A stretch of DNA of 64,000 nucleotides from Thecamonas trahens ATCC 50062 (Eukaryota > Protista > Apusomonadida): positions 90,393 through 154,392 of the forward strand of contig NW_013657674.1 of the NCBI RefSeq assembly GCF_000142905.1, read 5' to 3'. The notes under the pieces are model-generated. The model made no database searches. It was not told the origin of the DNA and worked only from the letters and a program-made list of their open reading frames with translations. The position numbers and the translations under genes were made by a program. How positions within the stretch are numbered: position 1 is the first letter of the stretch; each line of letters opens with the position of its first letter. Positions 33,401 through 45,155 of the stretch are shown here, in pieces.

Positions 33401-36400
33401 TAAACCGCGGCGTCATTGCTGACCGCCCGCCACCCGGCGGGCCGAGCGCGCCAACAAACACAATGTCTACAATCTCTAGGAAGGTCAGCGACGACCGGTC
33501 GTACCATCCGCCATGGTCCATCCACTGCCGCAGCAGCTCGATCGGGCCCTGCGAGCCGTACTCATCCTTGGCCGGCATGTTGAGGTCGTCGACAAAAATG
33601 ACAAACCGCTTGCCGGCCGGCGGCCCGTACTGGGTACGCCGGCGACGAGTAAACTTGGAGTCGAGGATGTCCTGGGTCATGTTCTCGGACGTCTGAGCCG
33701 AGAACGTCACCACAATCGACTCAAAGTTCTTGTCCATGTGCTTGATCACCTTGTCGCCCACAATAGACGACTTGCCGGTCCCGGTCGGCCCGACGCAGAG
33801 CACGTGCGAGCCGGCCTGCAGCAGGACGTCAAGCATGTACGTGTAACGGACCGAGTCGATGGTCGGCACAATGATGTCGGCAAAGGCTGTCCGCCGCTTG
33901 ATGGCATACGGCGGAATGGTGTCCATCCACGGGACCCATGAGACACGGCTTGAGCCCGAGCCCTCACTCTCGCCGCCAGCCGCGGCGGCTGCCGCGTGCG
34001 TCTCGGCGAGCGCAGAGCCGCTCGCGGCGCCACCGGCTGACACCTTGAGTCCGGCCGCAAAGTCGAGGAACCAGTCGTAGACAAGGCCAGCGCCCGGGAG
34101 CTGAACCGAGGCTGCGAGCGGACCGGCAGCCACGAGCGCATCACGGAGGTGAGCGTCAAAGGCCGAACGCCCTGCGGCGTCCGACGTGGCGCCGATCGAC
34201 CACACAAGCGCAAAGACAAAGAGCGCCGGCGCAAGGGCGACGATGCGGTCAACGGCAGCCTGCGGGAGCGCGCCGCCCTCGGGCGGAACGAGCGAGGCCA
34301 TAAACGCGTCGAGCAGCCGCATGAGTGACTGCAAGAGGTTGTTGTCGACGGTCGGAACAGGCTCGACGAGCGACGATCGCACAAAGGCGAGGGCAGGGAG
34401 GGCGAGTGCGTTGAAGAGCTCGGCAAAGACCGGCGCCACGCTCTCAGCGAGCGACGCAGGGCTCAGCTTGGCCAGCCACGAGTCGATGAGCGGCTGGAGA
34501 CCGAGGCCCGACGGCTCCATGTACACCATGCCGCACCGCGAGACCGTAGCTGGCGAAGCAACGGCAAGGTCCTCGACCTCAAACATCATGGTCTGCGCGT
34601 CCGAGAGGCGAATGATCTTGCCGGACGAGAGGCAGAGCTTCTTGTTGTCGTCGAGCACAGTGTTCATGTTCTCGATCCACAGCGCGTCGACTGGCCCATC
34701 AAACACGGTCCACCGCTTCTCGCCGGTCTCACTCTCGGCGCCTTCGCGGATGATGTTGGCGAGGACGCCTTCGGTCCACTCGTGGGTGTTCGGGTCAAAG
34801 AACCCGTACAGCTGCTCCATGGTAATGGACTTGGGGTTGATCACATCGTAGTGGACCTTGGTGAACGGGCCCTGCCCAGCGAGCGCCGTCATGGCCCGAG
34901 CCAGTGTCCGGTACGTGACGGTCTTGCCGCCGCCGGTCGGCCCGACGAGCATCAGCCCGTGGCGTACCACAGTCGTCTCGTACAGCTGGATGCACTTGTG
35001 GATCGACTGCGCCGCAGGCTGCAGGCCCTGGGCCTTGAGCGCGGCAACGAGCTCTGACTCGAGCGCACCGTACGAGTCCTGAGGCTGGACCACGCCCGGA
35101 AAGAGGTCTGAAATAATGCCGTTGAACAGGACGAGGTCCTCGGCGAGGAACTTGGGCACGTTGCAGTCCTTGAGCGCCTTGAGCAGAATGATCTCCTCCG
35201 ACTTGGACGGATCGGCGCGCTTGAGGTTACCGGCGGCAGAAATGACGGTCTTGACGGCACGCATGCCAAAGTCGTAGTGCGACTGCGACGAGAGCTGCTC
35301 CGAAGAGAGCCGGAAGGTGGCGGTCATCTTGCGCGAAAGCTGCGAGGCCTCGGAAAAGCCAAACGAGAAAAGCATGATCTCGGCAATCATGGCGTAGTCG
35401 GGCACCATCATGGCGACAGGGCGGAAGAGGGCCTTGAGGTTGTCTGGCAGCTCTGCGCGCCCGGCGTACCCGGGGTTCATGGTGATAAAAATGGCGCACG
35501 TTGGGTCGAGCGCAATCTGGGCGCCCTCAAACAGGAACCGCTTCTGCTTGGTCTGGATAGCCCGCTGGATCTGCAGGATCTGGGTAGCAATGACGGAGAG
35601 GACCTCGAGCTCGATACGGTTGAACTCGTCAAAGCAGGCCCAGGCGCCTGCCGAGGCGAGGCCCTTGAAGAACTTACCCATGGCAATGTGGTCGAGGGTG
35701 CCCTGGCAGTTGAAGACGACACACTGCTTGGCGAGCGCCTTGGCGAGGTCCTTGGTCGTCTCGGTCTTGCCGGTACCGGCCGGGCCCTGCGGCGCACCAC
35801 CCATCTGCAGGTGGAGCGCGCCGGTGAGGGTGAGGTAGCACCGGTCGGTGAGCGGGGTGATGACGAGGCGGCCGGTGTTGCCGAGGTACTCGTAGCCGTA
35901 GACAAACGAGGTGTTGACCATCTTGATGACCGCGTTCGAGTCCTCCCAGTACTGGCGCATTTGTGACATCCACTCAAAGTCGGTGACTGAGTCGACGTGG
36001 GCCTCGGCGAGGCGGGCGGTGACGTCACGAGCGTGGACGTCGAGGATGATGAGCGGCGAAATGGTTTTGCGGACGAGTTTGGGCAGCTCGGAGCGGACCA
36101 TCATGGTGAGCTCGTCAATTTGCTGGACGAGCATGGCATGGAGCTTGGGCAAGGTGCCGGTCCGGATGGCGGCAGTCACTTGCTGCGTCCAGTAGATCTG
36201 CGCCACGACGAGGACGGCCTGGGCCGGCCACTGGGCGACCCACTCGGTCCGCGCCATCTTGGGGTAAGCGCCGACGGCCTTCTTGATGACGTCGCGGACC
36301 GAGAGCTTCATGACGCGCTCGACCTCGAGCAGCCAGTTCTCGACATTGCCCTTGGGATAAAAGTGCTCGATGAACGGCACGGTCTCGCCCTCGCCCGACG

Positions 36401-39400
36401 ACATGGCGGTGATGATGTTGTCCTCGCCAAAGGTGAGCGAGCCGATGTTCTCAAAGCACTTGGAGAGGTGCTTCTGGACAGCGGTCGGATCGCGGGTCTG
36501 CGAGAGAATCTCGAGCATCTCGTCGTCGGAGAGAAAGTAGAAGCGCGGAAAGATGGCGCGCTTGGTCTCAAGGTACTCGGTGAGACCCTTTTGGACGAGG
36601 TCGAGGAGCTTGATGCACTCGCGGAACGAGTCCAGCAGCTTGGCGTCCTTGCACACAGCGAGAACGCCTGGCGCGGCGGCGGCAGATCCAAGGTTCTTCC
36701 GCCACATGCGGTCCATGGTGGCAAAGCGCTTGCCCTCGACCACCATTTGGCGGTTGATGTCGTCTGACGAGAAAATGGGCTGCAGGTAGAGCCACTGCTT
36801 CTGGCAGAGGAGCCACTCCTCGATGGTCTCCTGAATGAGCTCGAGCTTCTTCTCCCACTTGCCGATGCGGTCCTCAAACGGCTCGCGGTAGGCCGAGAAG
36901 CTCATGGCCTGGGTCATGACAATGTGGTCGTCGAGGAGCTGGATGATGGGCTCGGTCCCGCGGAGAATGTACGTCTCGGTCTCGCCGTACTCGACAATCT
37001 CAAAGACTGTCGACTCCCAAGTGGCGAGCATCGAGTCAAGCTCCGACTCGATGCCATACTCGCGCGACGCGACGCCGGCGACCTCCTCGATGGCCTCGAG
37101 ATGGGCCTCCAACCCGAGCGTGGCGACCTCGGCAAACGAGGCGTCGTCGGTCGGGCGGACCGACATCCCGAGGTTGTCCTCGAGTGTTTCCCAGTGCCGG
37201 TCGCGCATGCCGCGGTTCCGCAGCGCCATGATGAGCGGGACGTGCGGCTTGAAGGCATCCATTTGGCCCTTGACGCTTGTCGCCACGGCGAGGCAGCCTG
37301 GCGCGTCCTTGAAGACCTTGACCAGCTTGAACATTGACGACCAGGCTGCAGTCAGCTTGGCCTGCATGTCCTTGGCGTCAAGCTCTGAGAACGGGCCGTG
37401 CATCCACGACTGGTGCCACTCGAGCCACGAGGCCGTTGTCGTCCACAGCTTCTGGTACGGCTCAAACTGCTTGACCACACCCGAGACCTCGTCGTAGTCT
37501 GTCAGCTCGCGCTCAAACAGCACTTCGCGCGAGTGGAAGAGCTGGACCTTGTCGAGCGCGTACGCAATCTGCTTCTCGAGCTTGGCTACATCGGCGGCGG
37601 CGTCGTCGACCTCGTCGAGCTTGGTGTACTTGGTGAGCGATGCGACGGCTCGGGCGAGCTCTTCCAGCCGCTCGGCGAATGCCTCCTGATCGCTCACCAG
37701 GTCCTTCTCGAACCTCGCACGGTCCTTCTCCAGCACCCGCGTCGTCGTCTCGCCCATCTCGAGCGCAGACTTGGGCCACCCGGCGGCAGCCCACTTGCGG
37801 TTAAAGTCGTCCGGCGGCAGGTTGTAGCGGAACTCCTCGAGCACGGCGTAGTCCGAGTTGAGCTCCTCGAGCGCCGAGAGGTGCTCGTCGACAAAGAGCG
37901 GGACCGAGGAAAGGAACTTTTCCATGTCAACAAGCTCCTCAATCTTGGTCGGCCGGACCTGGAGCCTCGCCGCAACGGCCTCAAACTCTTCGCAAAAGGT
38001 GTCGGCCTTGGCCCGGGTCCGGCGGGCGAGGAGGTCGAGGAGGAGCCGGCCGAGGTCGCGCCGCTTGCGGATGAGCATGTTGCGGACAAGCTCGCACGAG
38101 ACTCGGAACATGCCAATGTTGATCGAGCGCGGGACGAGCTCCTCGAGCTCGGCCTGCTTGACGCGGTGGTCCTGGATGAGCTCGGCAAGGTAGGCTGTTG
38201 TGAGCGGGCGCCCGGCACCGGACGCCGCGTCGTCTTCCAGCTGGCGAACGGCCTCGAGTGGGTCGAGCGCAATGAGGCCGGCGTACTCGTCGTACTGCGC
38301 AAGGTACGCGTCGAGCGGGCCAGTCGACCGCGCCACGGCGCCGACCATGGCAGCCCGGAGCTTGAGCACAACCGGATCGTGCCGCGAGACCGACTCGAGC
38401 ACCGGCTTCGTCGCCCAGAACAGTTCCTGCAGGACCTCGGGCTCGAGCTGTGGGAGGTCCTGGATGAGCGAGATGGCGCGCTCAAAGAGGAGAATAGGCA
38501 CTTCCTCAAAGGCGGACGGCTTGGTCGAGTACACCAGCTGGCCGTCACGGACAACAAGGTCGACCGCGAACAGCGGGTACTTGTGCGCAGCGAGGCCTGC
38601 GGCGGCAGCTGGCATGGGTGTCGAGCCAAAGACGACGTCGACCTCACCGGGCGAGGCAATGTCGACGTGGACCGGCGCCGAGCCAACAACCAGGTTGTGG
38701 AACGAGGTGAGCGAGTCGAGGGCAAGCGAGCGGAGCGTGTCCTGCATGACAAACTTGACCATGACCATAAACTTCTTGAGCTTGGAGATCTCGTAGACCT
38801 CGCGCGACTTTTCGTTGAGGTTGAACCAGCCCTTGCCGACGTCCTTGAGAGTGCCGCGAATGGCGTTCTTGAGATTAGTCTTCCAGTTGTCCTTGAGGTG
38901 GTTGAGCGTATGCACCGCCGCCTGGTTCTGCATTGTCTCAAACTCGTCGAGCCGCAGCGACTTGGTCACGTGGTTGTTGAACAAGTTGAGCTGCAGCACC
39001 TTGTTGCACTCGGTCCGCACCTTGGCCGTCGTCGCAATAACCTCCGACTTTGTAAGGAACGAGAGAAAGGTAAAGCCCGAGTATGCAGCCTCGTAGTCAA
39101 AGCCCGGAATGGTGATGGCGCCGGTGAGCGGGACAGGCGCTGGCTCAGGGTCTGGCGGGAGGGTGAGAAAGGCAAACTGGTCGTGCTGGGCAGGATCCTT
39201 CCGCGAAGTGTCAAAGATGATCTTGTTCATAGCCCGCGCGTAATCGACGCCGACCTGCGAGAGCAGCGACTCGAGCAGCGTCAGCTGTGACGCCGATGGC
39301 GCGGCGCCGGCCACCGAAAACTCGAGGATCCGATTGACTGTTCCCTGCGTCATCGACGGCAGCTCGGCTGTCGGCATCGAGTCGATGTACAGGTTGTACC

Positions 39401-40788
39401 GCAGAAGCGCCTCGGCGTCACGCCGCGACCGGTGCGCCGCGCCCACACGCGCCGCAAAGTTGGCTGGCGACTCGGCCACAAAGTAGAGATGGATGCGGTG
39501 TACGAGCGAGTACGCCGCCGACGCCGGCGTCGCTCCACGCGGGACGACGACGTACGCCTCGGCCTCGGCAGAGTAGTCGACCACGAGGACCGGCACCCAC
39601 GAGCCGCACCCGGCGCTGTCAAACACCACCGCCGCACCAGGCACGCCACACATGACCCCATTCTCCACGCCGAGCTCCAGCCATTCGCGCGGCGTACGGA
39701 CCTCAAACTCGGTGTCGTCAAACGGCTCGAGTGGGAGGTATGACGGAAACGCGGCAGACGCGTTGCGCTCAGCCTCGCTCAGCCGGTAGTCAACACCCTG
39801 CGCCGCAAGGAGCTCCTCCAGATCCTGAGCCGCATACTCGCGCTTCCGCCGCTCAATCTCGATCTTGCGCGGCGTCTTGCCCGGCGCAGTCTTAAACTGT
39901 GACATGACCTTGGGCTCGAGCGCAGACGCAGGCACGCCGACCATTGCCCCGGCCTGCGCCAGCACGTGCAGTGCGGCTGCGCCGCGGGTCCGCGACGCCG
40001 ACGGCGCAGTCACATACGCCGACGCGTCGACAGCAGCGGTCCCGAGTCCGGCGGCCTCACGCGTGCTTCGCGCTCGGCTAGCGGGCGCCACGTCGCCGCT
40101 GGCGGCACTGCTCAGCGTCACGCCGGACACGCCGCGGGTCGAGCGGAACGACGAGACCAACGGCGGGCGCTGGCGCCGGACGTGGGCCGAGTCGCTCGAC
40201 TCGGCACCCATGGGCCCGGACGTCGACTCGCGCAGCAGGTCGTCGGTCGGGAACGAGCCCAGATACTCTGAGTAGTAGCCGCGCTGCATGCTCCCGGCAT
40301 GCCGGTCGCGCGAGGCCCGGACTCGAGCCCCAGCCCGGACAGAAGGCGCCCCGCGCGCGATGGGCGGCAACGTCGGCGGCGTCGCTGGTAGCGCCACCTG
40401 TGCACCTGCTCCAGCCAGCGGCCGCAAAACTTGCTTCCTCGTAGGCGTGCGCCCAGAACTCCTCTGGGGCGTCCGCCTCTATGGTCAGGGAGAGGGGCAG
40501 GGGGGGGTGAGTGAGTGAGTGGGTGAAGGGGGGGGGTACGGGAGAAAGGGGAAGGGGTNNNNNNNNNNNNNNNNNNNNNNNNNNNNNNNNNNNNNNNNNN
40601 NNNNNNNNNNNNNNNNNNNNNNNNNNNNNNNNNNNNNNNNNNNNNNNNNNNNNNNNNNACCCCCCTTCTCGGGATAGGCTTCCTCCCCTTCGATCAAGCA
40701 CTTTGCTGCTGGCCAAGCTGGAAAATTTTAAAAACAGGGCTGGTTTGGGGGGGGTACAGAAAGGGGAGGGTAGTCTGGTCCGTACCAT
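27487..40788 (-). CDS. DNAH1: Axonemal inner-arm dynein heavy chain (DNAH1-like); ATG-only exon 40788-40786, intron 40785-40479, frameshift at 32891-32894
   Basis: P-loops GPAGTGKT, GPTGGGKT, GPTGTGKS and GMGGSGRR; stalk/MTBD; N-terminal TPRKIEIERRKREY typical of DNAH1. One extra T gives FADFLVPNADPKVY and joins the 2527-aa and 1836-aa ORFs. Confidence 0.92.
40559..40658. other. Assembly gap
   Basis: N run. Confidence 0.99.
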
Positions 40789-41109
40789 GTTTGTATGAGG
40801 AGAGCGGTCTGGTGAGGTGAGGTAGCAAGCGAGAGCGTGGGTGGGTGGTGGCTGTAGTACGAGGAGATCGAAGGAGACCGTCGTTGGTTGGCCTTGTTGT
40901 TTCGGCTATCTTCAGGCCGTTCGGTCGTTGGCCGTTGGCGCGCGCGCAAATTTCGCTGTGGCGTGATGCCGTGGGCCGGCGGATGTGCGGTGGTGGAAAA
41001 TTCGTCATATGTCAATGTGCCGCGACACGCGCCCCCCCCCTCACCCGCTCCCCCCCCCCTCCTCCACCGTACTCTATGTCACGGCCCTCGAGCACCTGAC
41101 GCAGCCAGT

Positions 41110-42411
41110 ATGGGGTGCTGCCTGGGCGCACATAGGGTACGCAAATGTGGGTGTTCTCGCTAAGTGGCTGCTACCATGGTTGCTTGCCCCCCCCCCCCCC
41201 CCTCCCTTCTTGTAGCTGACCTTGCCCATCACCTTTGCATCATTGGCCACGGTGGCTTTCCCCAATTGACGTCGGTCCAACCTTGCAACCCAATGGGATA
41301 GACGTCCCACGCATGCCGCGGTTCGGTGGTGGCTCACCCGTGACGCTCGCATCGAGGCAGACTAACTAAAGATGGTGATGACTTGGGTTTGGCCGGTGGG
41401 CGCGGGGAGATAGAGCGGCGGAGCTGTGGCACCAGCCTCGCCGAGGTCTGTCGCCACCACTGTAGCTCAGCCGCTCGAGTGGTCGGGCGACGATGGTCTG
41501 GTGGTCCCTGGCAGCCAAGGCACAGGACCAGGAATCATCGTCCACGCGCTCCCCAGTCCGGAACGGGTTGTGCCGGGCCAAACTCGAGGTCTCGGCTCCG
41601 AGTTGAGCAGCATGCGCGGAGCGGGCGACGAGATTATGACGGTAATGCCAGCGGCCGCTGATGGCCACGCTGCACCGCTCGTCCCGCCCATCAGCTTGAA
41701 CGGCGACGGCAAGGAGAGTGCGCTGCAGACGCCGACCTCGCATGATCAACAGTCTGCACTTTGTAAGAGTGCCAGCCAGACGGGGCTCCGGCTAATTTCT
41801 CAGGCGTCGTCGTCGCGCAATCTTTACGGCCTTCACCCCGTGCCGAACGAGTCTAGCGAAGAGTTTAGCCAGATGTCGGCGCGGCGGCTCTCGATCTCCA
41901 ACTCGCACGTACGGCGGGCATCGATTTCGTCCAAGTCGTGCGTCTCCCTCTCGTCGACGTGCTCAGGGTCACTGGCGACTCTCGAGGCGCGGCGAATGCG
42001 AAGGGCGGCGTCACAAAAGTACCCGCGCTCCAAGTCGGGTACCGTTGGCGAGCTGCCCTCGCTTTCGGGCACCCACACCCGAGCCAATCTCAGTACTTCG
42101 GCCCTCCGCGAGTCAACCTCGCACCTTTCCGACTCGATACCGGTCATCAAGGCTCCGCCAAGGGTGTTTAACCCGTCGGGCCTCTCGCGCTCGCACTCGG
42201 CATTGGCCACAAACCATGACGGCCGCAGGTCGCCAGTCGTCGGCCTGGCTCGACCTCCCTCGGCTGCAAACATGCGCATCGCATCCGTCGTTGAGGCTCG
42301 CAGCCCAAACCCAAACCCGCCGCCGACCGCTGCCCGCCCACCCCCGTCACCCTCGCATGCCACGTCTTCGGGCCAACGCGCTGAGACCACTAGCGAGCAA
42401 GCGGAAATACT

Positions 42412-42451
<40 letters not shown>

Positions 42452-42559
42452 GTTTCATCGTCGTCGTCGTCGTCGGCTTCATCGTCGTCATCGTCGTCGT
42501 CGTTGCTCGACTCTGTCACCCCGACGACAGCCTCGCTCCACTCGCAGGAGCGAATGTAG
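41110..42559 (+). CDS. Ser-rich disordered protein with N-terminal MGCC acylation motif; exons 41110-41136 and 41414-42559
   Basis: MGCCLGAHR|GTACGC donor, ACTAAC branch point at 41361 and TAG acceptor at 41413 join in frame to the 377-aa ORF. Confidence 0.7.
42412..42502 (+). repeat. (TCG)n poly-Ser tract
   Basis: Seen directly in the sequence. Confidence 0.9.
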
Positions 42560-42587
42560 TGGCGGGCGTCCTTGGTACATAAATCGG

Positions 42588-43232
42588 CTAGCGCTGCGAC
42601 TTGGGCGCGGCCGTCACAGAGTCTCGGAGGATAAAGAGCCACATCTCAACGAGCATGATGGCAATGGTAGCGGCGAGGCCAAGAAGATGCGGGCCCAGAA
42701 CGCCTCCCCAGCCCCAATTCCCGAGTGTGTAGCCGAACGCGTACATGACCGCCATCGAGACGATGATGTTGACGCCGATGGAGAGCTGGGAGCCGAGCGT
42801 CGCCACCTCGCCGGCCATCTCGCGCTCGGCCTCGCGCTGAACCTCTGGCAAGCGCGCCACCATCCTTGCATACTCTGCATCACCCGCCGCCGCCCGCAGC
42901 CGCTCCAGCCGCGACGCCAGATCCGGATGCGGCGGCGGAAGAGGTGGTGGCGATCCGGCAACCAGTGCCGTTGATCTGCCCCGCAGCGCTCGCGCCGCCG
43001 CACCGGGCGCCAGCCGGCCGTTGGCTACATCAGCCCGCAGTGCAGCCACCACGTCCTTGATCCGCACCGGCCGTTCCGCATCGGGCGCATCGGGCGCATC
43101 GGGTGCAGCTGGAGCATCGGGTGAGTCGACTTGGCTCACACTCTGGCTCTGGCTCGGCATGTCTGCTGCGTCGGAGAGTAGGTCCGTCAGAACGGGGCCA
43201 GGCGCGATCCAGCCCTGGAAGCGAGTGTCCAT
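42588..43232 (-). CDS. TMEM199: V-ATPase ER assembly factor Vma12/TMEM199
   Basis: LASRLERLRAAAGDAEYARMV followed by two TM helices (QLSIGVNIIVSM...FGY; LLGL...LVEMWLFI). Confidence 0.8.
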   Translation of the reverse strand: MDTRFQGWIAPGPVLTDLLSDAADMPSQSQSVSQVDSPDAPAAPDAPDAPDAERPVRIKDVVAALRADVANGRLAPGAAARALRGRSTALVAGSPPPLPPPHPDLASRLERLRAAAGDAEYARMVARLPEVQREAEREMAGEVATLGSQLSIGVNIIVSMAVMYAFGYTLGNWGWGGVLGPHLLGLAATIAIMLVEMWLFILRDSVTAAPKSQR

Positions 43233-43632
43233 GGTGACAGCGGTGGCAGTGGTGGCAGTGGGTGAGGTCTATGCTCACCACGTCGTCCACCGTCGCTGGC
43301 GTCGGCTTGGCCTAGCACGAGTGGCGTCACATGGGAGAACGGGGCTTAGAGCCAGCCCCGCTGTGGCCGTCATCCACGGCTACCAGGCGCATGCCTCTCC
43401 CGATGATTCTTCAAACCACTTTAGCATGTAGTTGGGCATGTTTCACACCACTAGATCTATGTGTTGTGTGGGGATCGTGCTCTGATCACCCACACGATTG
43501 CTGCGAGAGGGGAGGAAGGGGGGCTTGTCTGTGGTGACCAGTTGCGGCATGCCATCCACCGACGACAGCTTCCACCACAGGTGTGGAAGGGGGGGGGGGG
43601 GGGGAGGGCGGACCCAACGTACGTACGTAGGT

Positions 43633-43732
43633 NNNNNNNNNNNNNNNNNNNNNNNNNNNNNNNNNNNNNNNNNNNNNNNNNNNNNNNNNNNNNNNNNNNN
43701 NNNNNNNNNNNNNNNNNNNNNNNNNNNNNNNN
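43633..43732. other. Assembly gap
   Basis: N run. Confidence 0.99.
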
Positions 43733-43739
43733 CTCCACC

Positions 43740-45061
43740 ATGCCCATCTTCTACTCGCTTGTGGCACGGGACACCACTGTGCTTGCTGAGCATGTACGTG
43801 TGCAGGGGGGATGGGAAGAGAGGGAGGGGGTGAGGGGAAGGGGTGGGGGTAGTGGGGGTGGAGGGAAGACGAGGTGGTGGGTATGGCGGACATGACTCAT
43901 GGAATGCATGTATGTTTGGTCATGCGTGTGCTTGTTTGCACGTATGTGTATGTGTGTATGTGTATGTGTGTGTGTGTGTGTGTGTATGTGTGTGTCTGCT
44001 TCGATGTGGGCTGACCAATCGGCTCGGTCCGGCTGCTACACGGGGACGGTCTGGTTGCGCATGGCGTGATTGTGCTGCCGCTAACCTCTGTAATTTTCGA
44101 CGGTGATGGTGGCTTGCTTGCTCGACGGCTTGCTTGCTCGACGGCTTGCTTGCTCGACGGCTTGCTTGCTCGACGGCTTGCTTGCTCGACGGCTTGCTTG
44201 CTCGACGGCTTGCTTGCTCGACGGCTTGCTTGCTCGACGGCTTGCTTGCTCAACGGTGCGACGATGGCTCGATTGCGGAAACAGGCCGAGTCGGGCGCGC
44301 CGGCTGACGTCGCACGTACCGCTGGCGACATCCTCGCCGGAGTGGATGTGAGCCGTGGAAACTTGCAGTCGTACTCCAAGGGTGAGTTCATGTACCACTA
44401 CTCGCGGACCGAGGCGCTGACCTTCCTCTGCGCAGCGTCGGCGGACATGGATCGCCGCCTGGCCTTCGGCTTTCTCTCCGACATTGCCAAGCGCTGGGGC
44501 CAGGAATTTGGCCGCGAGGGCGACCGTGCGGCGCCTTACGGCATGAACGACCGCTTCCGCGGCGTCCTACGTCAGCGCATGGACTACTTTTCGTACGACC
44601 CCAACGCAGACTCGATCAAGCGCGTCAAGTCGCAGGTCGACGAGGTTCGCGGCATCATGGTCCAGAACATTGACAAGGTACTTGATCGTGGCCAGAAGAT
44701 CGAGGTGCTCGTCGACAAGACCGAGCGTCTCGACACCACCTCGTTCAAGTACAAAAAGTCGGCGGTTCAGCTCAAGCGCAAGATGTGGTGGCAGGACAAG
44801 AAGTGGTGCTGCATCCTCATCCTCCTCTGCTTTGTCATCGTTTACGTCATCCTCGCCTTTGCTTGCGGCGGTCCCGCGCTCAACAAGTGCGTCCACCACT
44901 CGTCAAAGGTTGTGCCCGCGCCCGCGCCCGCGCCCGCACCATCCCCACCGCCCACCCCCGCCCCGGCGCCTACCCCGGCGCCCACCCCTGCCCCAGCGCC
45001 AGTGCCCGCCCCAGCATCGCCGCCGCCACCGACTGCAAACGCGACGGCCGTCCTCGCATAA
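43740..45061 (+). CDS. VAMP7: Longin R-SNARE VAMP7; exons 43740-43793 and 44285-45061
   Basis: MPIFYSLVARDTTVLAEH longin start; RRLAFGFLSDI; VRGIMVQNIDKVLDRGQKIEVLVDKT; KRKMWWQ plus TM. Intron GTACGT...ACAG is in frame. Confidence 0.92.
43940..43996 (+). repeat. (TG)n/(TATG) microsatellite in the VAMP7 intron
   Basis: Seen directly in the sequence. Confidence 0.85.
44111..44254 (+). repeat. Minisatellite 9 x 16 bp (GGCTTGCTTGCTCGAC) in the VAMP7 intron
   Basis: Eight perfect copies plus one ending CAAC. Confidence 0.95.
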
Positions 45062-45155
45062 GTGTGGCGCGCCTCAAAGTGAACAACATGTGTGTGGATG
45101 CGCCGTGCGTTTCGTGGAAACCACGCCATCGCACCGGATGGGCTGAAGCGAGAGC

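Noticed and set aside
27487-40427. Two separate dynein genes, or a pseudogene
   Set aside because: The two ORFs are consecutive halves of one heavy chain, joined by a single base in an A4 run, with all motifs intact.
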